A stretch of DNA of 64,000 nucleotides, from NCBI GenBank assembly GCA_007130885.1, contig SLRQ01000013.1, positions 11,004-75,003 of the forward strand, given 5' to 3'. Positions 19,827 to 29,402 of the stretch are shown one piece after another. Both the position numbers and the translations under genes were made by a program. The first letter of the stretch is position 1, and each line of letters begins with the position of its first letter. The notes under the pieces were generated by a model. That model did not search any database. It was not told the origin of the DNA and saw nothing but the letters and a program-made list of their open reading frames with translations. The DNA comes from Deltaproteobacteria bacterium (GTDB lineage: Bacteria; Myxococcota; Myxococcia; SLRQ01).

Positions 19827-21434
19827 ATGAAGCCAGTAGGATACAGAATCATGTTTGTTTCTAGGGCGTGCCTTGCCTTGCTGATAGCCTATTCTTTGTC
19901 TTGTGGCGACGTGTCAGAAGTGTCGGATGAGAACGGTGATACCGTTGCAATGCCTGCCTTTTCGCCCTCATCTGGAACATACAATCAGCCAATTGCGGTA
20001 GAGATTACTACTGACACAGATGGAGCAAGAATCTATTACACTACAAATGGCTCGAACCCTTCGGAAGACAATGGAGACGAGTACGACGAAGCTATTGTTC
20101 TAGAAGGTGACGGACTAGAGGTGACCCTGAGAGCAATTGCAGTCAAGGAAGGCCTGCTTGACAGCGAGATAGCAGAGGCGACCTATATTTTCGAATATGA
20201 TACGGAGAATGGCGGAGTCGCTACGCCGGTTTTCACTCCAGCTCCGGGAATCTATGATGGGTCCATAGATGTGGAGATAAGCACTTCTACATCTGATGCG
20301 ATAATCCATTACACCATGGACGGTTCGAAACCATCCAAGACGACAGGGGAGGTGTATGATGGGCCAATCGAGCTCGAGGGTGATGGACTGGATGTGACGA
20401 TACGGGCGCTTGGAGTCAAGGAGGGCATGCTCGAGAGTGAGGTCGCCGAGGCAAGTTATGCAATCGAGTACGAGACAGTCGCCACGCCGGTTTTTGACCC
20501 GGAGCCAGGAGTATATGATGAGCCAATCAGCGTGGATATCAGCACGGCTACCGGAGGCGCGACGATATACTACACCATGGATGGTTCAGAGCCCTCCGAA
20601 GCCGAGGGTACGGTGTTCCTAGAGCCGATCATTCTAGACGGCGACATTTCAGAGGTGACGATTAGATCTCTAGCGATCAAGGAAGGAATGCGCGACAGCG
20701 AGATAGCATCGGCGACCTATGAGATCGATTACCATGATGAGTTCCAATTCCTGAAAGGCGTGTGGGCAACGAAAACCGTAGCCGTTGCGGACTCGGTTAC
20801 CATGGGCGTTAGCAGTCAACCCGTAACAACAGCTTACTCGCTCGTTCATATGAGCGTGGAGAAAGAGATTGCGGAGGCGCGTGCCGTTACCTGTCATATT
20901 GACGTTGATACGGACACGAATAGGGTTAAAATTTTCATCAAGGACAGCTATATCGATGCCTTGGATGAAATCGAGTATTTATATTCGATATCAGGAGATG
21001 AAGAAGGTTACACTCTGAGCATCGAGGACCATGTGCTGTTGACCGCCGTGGATCTTCAAGATCCATTGAACGATGAAATGCCTGATGATAAAAATGATCC
21101 GCGATTTTTCAATCAAGACGGCAGGCGGGGTCCGGGGATTACAATTGATGCCTGGGTAGACCCTGTTGTTGGGCAGGCCAGCGACGAGGAAATGAGCGTC
21201 GCCACGCGTCAATTTACGACGCAGCTCTTGGAGGTCAAAGGGGACGACCTCATAGTCGGGAGCTATGAGTGGGACGAGGACAGGATCGTTCTAGAGACAA
21301 CACATAGCATGTTGGACTGGGAGCAGCAGGTCACTCCCAGGCACGAGGATAGCTATACCAAGCTCGTGAAGGTAGATGATTCTTATGACTGTGAGAAGAT
21401 CCTGGCCGAGATAGCTGGACTCTTCGCCGACTAG
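19827..21434 (+). CDS. lipoprotein with 4 chitobiase/beta-hexosaminidase C-terminal-type (CHB_HEX_C-like) repeats + unassigned C-terminal domain
   Basis: Lipobox LIAYSLSCGD. Repeats of the form FSPSSGTYNQPIAVEITTDTDGARIYYTTNGSNPSE...EYDEAIVLEGDGLEVTLRAIAVKEGLLDSEIAEATY. RBS GGAGG upstream. Confidence 0.8.
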   Translation: MKPVGYRIMFVSRACLALLIAYSLSCGDVSEVSDENGDTVAMPAFSPSSGTYNQPIAVEITTDTDGARIYYTTNGSNPSEDNGDEYDEAIVLEGDGLEVTLRAIAVKEGLLDSEIAEATYIFEYDTENGGVATPVFTPAPGIYDGSIDVEISTSTSDAIIHYTMDGSKPSKTTGEVYDGPIELEGDGLDVTIRALGVKEGMLESEVAEASYAIEYETVATPVFDPEPGVYDEPISVDISTATGGATIYYTMDGSEPSEAEGTVFLEPIILDGDISEVTIRSLAIKEGMRDSEIASATYEIDYHDEFQFLKGVWATKTVAVADSVTMGVSSQPVTTAYSLVHMSVEKEIAEARAVTCHIDVDTDTNRVKIFIKDSYIDALDEIEYLYSISGDEEGYTLSIEDHVLLTAVDLQDPLNDEMPDDKNDPRFFNQDGRRGPGITIDAWVDPVVGQASDEEMSVATRQFTTQLLEVKGDDLIVGSYEWDEDRIVLETTHSMLDWEQQVTPRHEDSYTKLVKVDDSYDCEKILAEIAGLFAD

Positions 21435-21501
21435 ACCACATAAGTAAGATAGGGATACGAGCTACTTGGGATCGAATATTTGGCTCGTTAGAAGATTTTG
21501 C

Positions 21502-21945
21502 ATGAGAAAGGCAGCGGAGCTGAAAGAATTGCGGTTCAGACCGCATCACTTCCTCTGTACCCTGTGCCATCGGGGCAAAGGGTACTCACCGTCGTTCATC
21601 AGGAGCTACGCAAAGTTGATGAAGCGGCTGGGAAAGCCCGACACGGGTGACGAGGAGCCGATCCAGGTAGTCAGCGGGCCGGACATGATCTGCGATTTTT
21701 GCCCCAAGCTGCACGGCGAGGCGTGCGAGACGCAGGATGTGGTGGAAGCCTTGGACCGCGCGCACGCGGGAATACTCGGCCTCGAGGAGGGGCAGGTAAT
21801 CACCTGGGGGGAGGCCAAGCGACTTCTTGCAGAGCATATGACGCCGCGGGCTTTCGATGAGGCCTGCAAACCTTGTGGGTGGAAGCCGCGAGGGCTTTGC
21901 GAGAAGGTCCTTCAAGAGCTGAGGGAAGAACGAAAGGCAAGCTGA
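21502..21945 (+). CDS. DUF1284-family protein (RPHHxLC motif)
   Basis: ELRFRPHHFLCTLCHRGKGY and further Cys residues (CDFCP...C) match the DUF1284 signature as I recall it. Start chosen at ATG 21502. The track's 21466 is a TTG. Confidence 0.5.
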   Translation: MRKAAELKELRFRPHHFLCTLCHRGKGYSPSFIRSYAKLMKRLGKPDTGDEEPIQVVSGPDMICDFCPKLHGEACETQDVVEALDRAHAGILGLEEGQVITWGEAKRLLAEHMTPRAFDEACKPCGWKPRGLCEKVLQELREERKAS

Positions 21946-22006
21946 CGAGTCTCTATAGTCGGATTACCTTTCGTTCACCGAGCGGGACACCCTCGATTTC
22001 GATGGT

Positions 22007-22483
22007 TTATGTTTCAAACCAGAAACGAAAGCCGAAGCCGGATTGCAGCCCCACGTCTGGAATGTCGATTCCTCCGTCGGAGATAAATGCCAGTCGCGGG
22101 GCAATCTCCAGGAAGAGCTCCAGCCATTCAGCGGGAAATGCGTTCAAACCGATAGGCACCCGGCCTCCAAGGTCCAGGCGGTCGGGCAGAGACAGGTATA
22201 GGCCTGGACCTACATACACGTTTACGAAGCTGAAGAGGTTCTCGCGTATGAGAATCCAGTCGGCGGTCATGCCGAACTGAAACTCTTCCCGAGTAAGTCT
22301 CGCTCCGACCCCGAAGGTGATAGGCAGCTCCGGAGTCTTGACGCTGAGCATGGCGTCCGAGCCCGGAAGTCCGCCAAGGGGGCTCACCTCGAGGGAAAGC
22401 CCAACGCCCCACTCCTGCCCAAGCGCGGGTGTTGCGCTCGATAGCGCGGCTAGCAGACAAAAAATATAGAAACGACGCAGCAT
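22007..22483 (-). CDS. small outer-membrane beta-barrel protein (OmpW/OmpA-barrel-like)
   Basis: Signal peptide MLRRFYIFCLLAALSSATPALG. Alternating amphipathic strands. Ends in ...GFGFRFWFET with a terminal aromatic typical of OMP beta-barrels. Confidence 0.55.
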   Translation of the reverse strand: MLRRFYIFCLLAALSSATPALGQEWGVGLSLEVSPLGGLPGSDAMLSVKTPELPITFGVGARLTREEFQFGMTADWILIRENLFSFVNVYVGPGLYLSLPDRLDLGGRVPIGLNAFPAEWLELFLEIAPRLAFISDGGIDIPDVGLQSGFGFRFWFET

Positions 22484-22840
22484 TTCCACTCCACAAGGAA
22501 AACGGGATTCAGCTCCATCATACCGCAAGACCGGTATGCCGGCGAACAAAGCGTGGAGCGATCGCTTGGGGAACAATCTGAAGGCGGTTATCAGTGATAC
22601 GGTTCGGCTAGATGTGCCCCCCAAAAAGGAACTCGTACCGGGACTAGTTGGCGCACGCCGCCTCTACTCGCTCCGGCCTCCACTCGCCTGGGAACTGTTC
22701 GGCGGCGGATAGCCCTAGCCTCTCACCATCCAAGGGAATTCGAGCCGACCCGGTTTCTAGATAGGGGGTCCGTCAGGGCCTTGTCATATTGATGCTGAAC
22801 TGCTTTATTCGCAAAGCTAACCTTTCAAGGGGTGACGGAT

Positions 22841-25800
22841 ATGAAGAGGCGAAACCGAGGCTCTTGGCTTATTTCCTATTTGGGCGTTGCGGCGGCATTT
22901 CTCCTGGCAGCCGCGTGCGGAGAAAAAGACCCGGCCGATGAGCAGGTGGCCTCGCCGGTCTTCTCTCCTCCGGCGGGGACCTACGAGGAGCCCATCGATG
23001 TGGAGATCAGCACGGGGACCGAAGGGGCCACGATCTTCTACACCATGGACGGTTCAGAGCCGTCCGCGACGAATGGACAGGCGTACGACGGTCCCATCGC
23101 GCTGGCGGGGGACGGCCTGGAGGTAACCATAAAGGCTTTGGCGTTCAAGGAGGACATGCTCGATAGCGAGGTGGTCGAAGCGAGCTATACCCTCGAGTAC
23201 CCGGTGGAAGAAGAGAAAGTGGCCACGCCGAGCTTCTCTCCGCCGGCGGGCACGTACAATGAGCCCATAAGTGTGGAGATCAGCACCGAGACCCAGGGGG
23301 CCGCCATCTTCTACACGATCGATGGCTCCGAGCCGTCGGCTGACTCGGGAGAGGAGTACGACAGCCCGGTCGACATCAGTGACGGCCTGGAGCTGACCAT
23401 ACGGGCTCTGGCGGTCAAGGAGGGAATGCTCGACAGCGACGTCGCCGAGGCCGCCTATGCGGTCGAGATAGAGCTCGAGCAGGTGGCCGCGCCCGTCTTC
23501 TCTCCACCGCCGGGGACTTACCATGAAGATATGACCGTGGAGATAAGCACCGCCACAACTGGAGCATCGATCTATTACACGATGGACGGCTCCGACCCGA
23601 CGGCGGCCGATGGAGAGGAGTACGATAGCCCCATCGAGCTGGAGGGCGACGGGCTGGCGGTCACCATCAAGGCCATCGCGGTGAAGGATGAAATGGCGGA
23701 CAGCGAGGTCGCCGAAGCTGATTACGTCATCGAGTACCTGGAGACGGTCGAGAAGCCTACCTTCTCGCCGGCCGCCGGCACCTACTATGAGCCCATCGAC
23801 GTCGAGATCAGCACGGCCACCGATGGAGCGTCCATATACTACACCACCGACGGATCGGTCCCCTCGGCGGATGGTGGAGAGGAGTACGACGGCCCGATAA
23901 CGCTGGAGCAAAACGGTCTGGAACTGACCATAAAGGCAATAGCCGTGAAAGACGGCATGTATGACAGCGACATTGCCGAAGCGGTCTACCTCGTCGACTT
24001 CGAGACGGTCGCGGCGCCCGTCTTCACGCCGGCTCCCGGTACGTATCACGATCCGGTGGACGTCGAGATCACAACGGCCACCGATGGAGCCGTCATCTAC
24101 TTCACCACCGACGGCTCGGAGCCGTCTGTCGAAAACGGTACCGAGTACGTCGGTCCCATCACGCTCGACGAGTACGGGCTGCAGGTGACCATAAAGGCCC
24201 TGGCCTCGAAGGACGGCATGTACGACAGCAACGTGGTCCAGGGGGTCTATCTCGTCGACCATGAGACGGTCGCCGCGCCCACCTTCACGCCGGGCTCGGG
24301 GACATATTTCGAGCCGATCAACGTGGAGATCGAGACGGCCACCGAAGGAGCGACGATATATTTCACCTTGGACGACTCCGAGCCCTCGGCGGACAACGGA
24401 GACGAGTACGTCGATGCCATAGCGCTCGAGGACGACGGACTGGAGGTGACCATAAAGGCTATTGCGCTGAACCATGGGATGCACGACAGCGATGTGGTCT
24501 CGGCTGGGTACATTATGAACTTCACGCCCGATACGCCGTCAGTGGTCTATCCCACGCAGGGCTCCACGGTAAGAAGCCCGCTGGACGTATGGGGGACCGG
24601 CGTTGCGGGCAACACCATCGAAGCGACTTTGTTGCACGACGATGACGAGATCTCGCAAGAGACCGTCGATATCGAGCCGGACGGCTCGTTCGAGCTGACT
24701 CTCCACTACACCGACGTCGAGGGCGGGGCCGACCTTCGGCTGAACGTCGTGCAGATTGCCGGCGATTATGTCTCGGAGCCGGCCGTCATCAATCTGGTGG
24801 AGGACTCCATGCGGTTTTTGGCGGGCACCATCGAGCAGACCGGCGGCCCAAACGAGGGCGATGTGTACATCTGGCTCTACGAGGCCGAGGAGACAGGGAG
24901 CACGGTCGTCGAGGATCTTTTGGAGCCGATGAACACTTTCGCGATCGTAGGCCCGGAGCATGACTGGCTCGATGAGACTTCCTTTGCATTTAGCGTGACA
25001 GAGGGTCACTACGTCCTTCGGGTTTTCAGGGACGCGGGAGGTGGTGACGGTGGGACGCCCGACGGTTTGCCCAGTATTGGAGATGACGCCCAAAGCGTCG
25101 TTCTGGCGGTATCGGTCAGCGGGGAAGACGTTACCGATCTCGACCTAGAGCTCGTGGATACGAGTCATGCCCATAGGTACGCGGCACTGGAGGTTTTCTC
25201 CTCGAACGAGACCAGTGAGCCCGAACCTCCTTATTATGAGGACAATGGCGACTGGCTGCGGGGCGAAGGGCTTTGCCGCGGCTATCACATGCGGCTGGAG
25301 ACTCATCTCTGGCATGGAGACGAAAGCTTGTCGGAGCCGAGGGTGCGCCGTCCGGACGGATCCATGGTCACCATGCTCGATGACGGAGCCTGCGGTCCGG
25401 AGGTCGCCGACAATACAAGCAGCAGCTATAACCACTGGCTGGACGATGGTTTTTACTCCTTCGGGTGGCAGGATCCCGACGATAGCGATGCCGGCGTATA
25501 CACGTTCTTCTACGAAAACAGCGCCGAGGGCTTCTTTCACATCGAGGAGCGGGAGCTTGGCGAGGTAGTGAAGCTCACGCGGTCGATCCCTCTCACCTCT
25601 CCATCCGGCGCCGAGCCGAACACGGACTTGCAGCCTGAGCTTTCGTGGGAATCGCTTGGCGGCGATGTGAGCTACCATGTGTGCCTGCAAAAGAGCCACC
25701 AGTGGGACTGGAGTATCTGCGAGAGCACCGACGAGGCGTTCATTCAACTGCCCTTCGAAGATGATCTCGATGACGTTCAGGCCTATTGCGCCGATGTCAG

Positions 25801-26614
25801 TGCGACGAAGTCTTGCCCGTTGGGACATCGAATAGCCCAATCTGCCGGCGTTCGAAGCTGCTTTGTGACATGTACCGACCCGCAAAACGACTGCGTTACC
25901 ATCTCCGGCGACATCATCGACCGGAGCGGCATGGAGAGCCGCTACCTGATAGAGGCTTTCAGCGATCAGTACGATGACATCCAGTCTACGCTGGTTCTGC
26001 CGGCCGGCACGGAGTCATATCAACTGGCCGTCTTGAAGCATGAGCCGGACGACGACGACGTTGAAGTGATCGCCGCCTTGGATGTCGACGGCAGCGGCGA
26101 CTTTCGCTCGCGGGCGAATGAGGACCACGAGATATTCGTCTGGGTGGAGGCCGATGAAGACCGGCACGGAGTAGACCTGGTCTTCAACCCGATGGTGCGG
26201 GTGATCTATCCTCTTGACGGGGAAGGCGAGGTCGGTGACCAGCCGACCTTCGAGTGGGAGGCATACGAGCAGACCTACCTCGAGCAAGCGGGTGAGGCGC
26301 TTCCGCTGGCCGAGTGGATGTACCTGTTGCTGGTTACTCGAGACAATGGAGGGATGGGCCCCGATGTCGTATGGGCGCTGGACGAAAGCGTGACCAGCTT
26401 CGATATGACCGACCCGCCGGCGGATGGCTTTGACCTAAGGCCCCTTAGTCCCATGGATGGACCTTCCGCCGAGGACCTAAGTGAGAGCAACGAATGGTTC
26501 TGGGAGGTCGCGGTTTTCGACTGCCACTACGAGGACGAGGAGTGCCTGGAGGAAATGATGGGTACCTTTTCCTTCTTCGCCATAAGCGCCGAGGCCGCCT
26601 TCACAACGGACTGA
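22841..26614 (+). CDS. large lipoprotein: 6 CHB_HEX_C-like repeats + ~700-aa Cys-containing C-terminal region of unassigned fold
   Basis: Lipobox LLAAACGE. Six ~86-aa repeats (FSPPAGTY.EPI.VEISTAT.GA.IYYT.DGS.PS...G.EYD.PI.L...GL..TIKA.A.K.GM.DS...). The C-terminal region (from PDTPSVVYPTQGS...) is paralogous to the next gene. Confidence 0.8.
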   Translation: MKRRNRGSWLISYLGVAAAFLLAAACGEKDPADEQVASPVFSPPAGTYEEPIDVEISTGTEGATIFYTMDGSEPSATNGQAYDGPIALAGDGLEVTIKALAFKEDMLDSEVVEASYTLEYPVEEEKVATPSFSPPAGTYNEPISVEISTETQGAAIFYTIDGSEPSADSGEEYDSPVDISDGLELTIRALAVKEGMLDSDVAEAAYAVEIELEQVAAPVFSPPPGTYHEDMTVEISTATTGASIYYTMDGSDPTAADGEEYDSPIELEGDGLAVTIKAIAVKDEMADSEVAEADYVIEYLETVEKPTFSPAAGTYYEPIDVEISTATDGASIYYTTDGSVPSADGGEEYDGPITLEQNGLELTIKAIAVKDGMYDSDIAEAVYLVDFETVAAPVFTPAPGTYHDPVDVEITTATDGAVIYFTTDGSEPSVENGTEYVGPITLDEYGLQVTIKALASKDGMYDSNVVQGVYLVDHETVAAPTFTPGSGTYFEPINVEIETATEGATIYFTLDDSEPSADNGDEYVDAIALEDDGLEVTIKAIALNHGMHDSDVVSAGYIMNFTPDTPSVVYPTQGSTVRSPLDVWGTGVAGNTIEATLLHDDDEISQETVDIEPDGSFELTLHYTDVEGGADLRLNVVQIAGDYVSEPAVINLVEDSMRFLAGTIEQTGGPNEGDVYIWLYEAEETGSTVVEDLLEPMNTFAIVGPEHDWLDETSFAFSVTEGHYVLRVFRDAGGGDGGTPDGLPSIGDDAQSVVLAVSVSGEDVTDLDLELVDTSHAHRYAALEVFSSNETSEPEPPYYEDNGDWLRGEGLCRGYHMRLETHLWHGDESLSEPRVRRPDGSMVTMLDDGACGPEVADNTSSSYNHWLDDGFYSFGWQDPDDSDAGVYTFFYENSAEGFFHIEERELGEVVKLTRSIPLTSPSGAEPNTDLQPELSWESLGGDVSYHVCLQKSHQWDWSICESTDEAFIQLPFEDDLDDVQAYCADVSATKSCPLGHRIAQSAGVRSCFVTCTDPQNDCVTISGDIIDRSGMESRYLIEAFSDQYDDIQSTLVLPAGTESYQLAVLKHEPDDDDVEVIAALDVDGSGDFRSRANEDHEIFVWVEADEDRHGVDLVFNPMVRVIYPLDGEGEVGDQPTFEWEAYEQTYLEQAGEALPLAEWMYLLLVTRDNGGMGPDVVWALDESVTSFDMTDPPADGFDLRPLSPMDGPSAEDLSESNEWFWEVAVFDCHYEDEECLEEMMGTFSFFAISAEAAFTTD
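22960..24530 (+). repeat. intragenic tandem array of six ~258-bp units encoding CHB_HEX_C-like domains
   Basis: Six consecutive ~86-aa repeats in the translation with 50-70% identity between units. Confidence 0.75.
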
Positions 26615-26701
26615 CCTAATCGCGGAGCAGAAACGCAACACGGTCTCGGGCGGTACTCTTTCGCGGTCATATGACGGTGAAGGATACCTCCTATCTTTGG
26701 T

Positions 26702-26731
26702 AGACTAGCTTTCACTTGCGAGACTAGCTTT
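26702..26731 (+). promoter_or_regulatory. 11-bp direct repeat AGACTAGCTTT x2 (19-bp register) about 15 nt upstream of the 26746 start codon
   Basis: Exact direct repeat read from the sequence. A regulatory function is inferred from its position only. Confidence 0.2.
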
Positions 26732-26745
26732 TCCGGAGGGCTGGA

Positions 26746-29172
26746 ATGAGACCGATGAGCCGAGGGGCACGAGTTGCGACCTATATCTGCATTGTCTTTT
26801 TCGCGTCTACTTGTAGAGGTAAGGACTCATCCGAGGAAAGGGTGGCTATGCCGACCTTTTCGCCTCCGGCGGGTGCTTACGACAAGCCTATTGCCGTCGA
26901 GATCAGTACAGAGACCGAGGGAGTCACGATCTTCTACACGATCGATGGTTCGGAGCCTTCCGCCAAACACGGAAAAAAGTACGAAGGTTCCGTCATCCTC
27001 GATGAAGATGGGCTGGAGGCCACCGTCAAGGCTATAGCGCTGAAGCAGGGTATTCCCGACAGCCATGTGGCGGAGGCCGGCTACACTTTGGATCTTACAC
27101 CCCGAACTCCGTCAGTAGAATTTCCCGAGCAAGGCTCCAAGGTAGCAAGCCCTTTCACGATACGAGGCACGGCCGCTGCCGGCAACAGCATCGAGGCTAC
27201 ACTGGTTTACCGCTATGACGCGATCATCAGAGAGAGGGTGGAAGTAAAAGCGGATGGCACGTTTGAGCTGACGGTCAACTATACCCAGGTTGATGCTGGA
27301 GCCGACCTTGTGCTGAATGTCGTGCAGGCCAGCGGTGATTATGTATCAGAGCCGGCTATCATAAATTTGGTTGGTGACGTGACATGGGTGCTCGGTGGCA
27401 GTGTTGAGCAAACGAGTGGCCCGATCCGAGGTGATGTGCACATTTGGCTTTACGAGGCCGGGCAGGCGGGGAGCACAGTGCGGGAGCTTTCAGAGCCAAT
27501 AAGTAGTCTGAGACTCGATGGACCGGAAAATTCATGGGTAAAGGAGAAGCCGTTCGAGTTTAGAGTGCCAAAAGGACAGTATGTACTTCGATCTTTTCGC
27601 GATGCTGGGGCCAGTCTGGATAGCAGGACACCGGATGGGCTTCCTACCTTGAGATCGGATGCCCAGAGCGAGATGCGGGCGGTAACAGTGGGCGATAGAG
27701 ACGTTGCCGATGTTCACCTTGATTTGATATGTACGCGTGACGCAGATATGTATCACTCGTTCGAGGTATTCACTTCAAACGAAAGCTGTGAGCCCGAGCC
27801 GCCATGGTATAATGAAAATGGTGACTGGGTACGAGGGGAAGGGCTGTGCCGCGGCTACCACATGCGGTTGGAGACTAGTCGCAATACCAAATCAGACGAT
27901 CTGTCAAAGCCTAAGGTGCGTCTACCGGACGGCACGATAGTAGCTTTGCTCGATGATGGAGCCTGCGGCCCGGAGGTCGCTGATAATACTAGCGGCAGCT
28001 ATAACCGCACGCGTGGTGATGGCGCGTACTCGTATGGTTGGCCGGATCCCGACGAGAGCGACGTCGGCGCATATACGTTCTTCTACGAAAACAGCGCCGA
28101 GGGCTTCTTCCACATCGAGGAGCGACAGTTGAATGAGGTGGAGAGGATGCCGGGATTGATCCCGCTAACCTCTCCAACAGGTGCCAAGCCTAACACCGAC
28201 CTTCAACCTAAGCTTGAATGGGAGCCGCTTGGTGATGGTGTGCGGTACCGTGTGTGTTTGCAGAAGAGCCAGCAATCTAATTGGCAGATCTGCGAGGTAT
28301 CCGAGAAACCGTATATTCAATTGCCCTTCGAAGATGATCTGGATGATGCGCAAGCGTATTGCGCTACGATAAGTGCGGTGAGGTTGTGCCCCTTGGGGCG
28401 TCGTCTGGCCGCAACCCAAGGTGGTGTTCGAAGCTGCTTTGTGACGTGCAGCGATCCGGAAAGCGATTGCATGACAGTATCCGGTGACATCATCGATCAC
28501 ACGAGTATGGATAGCCGCTATTTGATAGAAGTAAGTAGCCTGCAGTATGGCAGCCTCCAGTCGACCGTTGTGCTGCCCCCAGACGCGGAGTCATATCGAG
28601 CAGCCGTCCTTAGGCACGATGACAAAGGTCTAAATGTTAGGGCTACATGGGATACAGATGGTAGTGGCTCATCGCGGACTACGGCAAACGAGCAGTTTGT
28701 TCAGTTTGTTAGAGTTGAGCCCCACCATTTAGAAGGCATCGATATCAGGTTTGCTTCACTGATACAGGCATCATTTCCGCGCGAAGGAAAGGATCAGGTC
28801 GGCGATCAACCTACCTTCAAGTGGGAGGGGTACGATCAGACCTACTTTGAAGCGACAGGTCAGGAGCTTCCGTTGGATGACTGGATGTATGTTCTGACGG
28901 CTTCCCAAAACATGGCTGCAGGCTTCGACATCATCTGGAGCTTGGATAAAAACGTCACCAGCTTCGATATGACCAGTCCGCCCGAGGATAGTCTTGATGT
29001 TCAAGCTCTGTTGCGTGATTCTTCGGCCGAAGACCTAACCGTCGGTAGTGATTGGCAGTGGCGACTGAGGGTTTTTGACTGCCACTTCCAGGACATGGCG
29101 TGTCTACACAACAGGAACGAGCGGGACTCTGTTTTCGCTGATAGCGGCTACATTGGTTTCACCACCGACTGA
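26746..29172 (+). CDS. lipoprotein paralog: 1 CHB_HEX_C-like repeat + the same ~700-aa C-terminal region
   Basis: Signal/lipobox FFASTCRG. Collinear similarity to the 22841 gene across the C-terminal 700 aa (e.g. GLCRGYHMRLET, TFFYENSAEGFFHIEER shared). Identical DNA stretches (ttcttctacgaaaacagcgccgagggcttctt at ~25506 and ~28081). RBS GGAGGG upstream. Confidence 0.8.
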   Translation: MRPMSRGARVATYICIVFFASTCRGKDSSEERVAMPTFSPPAGAYDKPIAVEISTETEGVTIFYTIDGSEPSAKHGKKYEGSVILDEDGLEATVKAIALKQGIPDSHVAEAGYTLDLTPRTPSVEFPEQGSKVASPFTIRGTAAAGNSIEATLVYRYDAIIRERVEVKADGTFELTVNYTQVDAGADLVLNVVQASGDYVSEPAIINLVGDVTWVLGGSVEQTSGPIRGDVHIWLYEAGQAGSTVRELSEPISSLRLDGPENSWVKEKPFEFRVPKGQYVLRSFRDAGASLDSRTPDGLPTLRSDAQSEMRAVTVGDRDVADVHLDLICTRDADMYHSFEVFTSNESCEPEPPWYNENGDWVRGEGLCRGYHMRLETSRNTKSDDLSKPKVRLPDGTIVALLDDGACGPEVADNTSGSYNRTRGDGAYSYGWPDPDESDVGAYTFFYENSAEGFFHIEERQLNEVERMPGLIPLTSPTGAKPNTDLQPKLEWEPLGDGVRYRVCLQKSQQSNWQICEVSEKPYIQLPFEDDLDDAQAYCATISAVRLCPLGRRLAATQGGVRSCFVTCSDPESDCMTVSGDIIDHTSMDSRYLIEVSSLQYGSLQSTVVLPPDAESYRAAVLRHDDKGLNVRATWDTDGSGSSRTTANEQFVQFVRVEPHHLEGIDIRFASLIQASFPREGKDQVGDQPTFKWEGYDQTYFEATGQELPLDDWMYVLTASQNMAAGFDIIWSLDKNVTSFDMTSPPEDSLDVQALLRDSSAEDLTVGSDWQWRLRVFDCHFQDMACLHNRNERDSVFADSGYIGFTTD

Positions 29173-29402
29173 CCTTGTCGGCTAGTCGACGAAGCCGGGC
29201 CATGTAGCCGCGGTGTCGAAAAGTATTGGCACCGCGCGACTCGCGCATAATAGGAATCGCCGGTGGAGCTGTGGGGTTATCTGGACTCCACAGAGGCTTT
29301 ACGGCAATATTTCTCGGCGTTTAGGCCAAGCGCATCAAATGGCGCGGTCGTTGTCGTTGTGATCACTGCCTTCGAGGTTCTCGAAGTCGACCGGAGGAGA
29401 CG

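Noticed and set aside
23054-24484. 476-aa - ORF
   Set aside because: It is antisense to the CHB_HEX_C repeat array, with repetitive Arg/Gly/Asp shadow translation.
16670-24530. Tandem repeat arrays considered as possible CRISPR or satellite
   Set aside because: Units are 235-260 bp, divergent and in-frame coding repeats that encode protein domains. There are no short identical repeats with unique spacers. They are not CRISPR.
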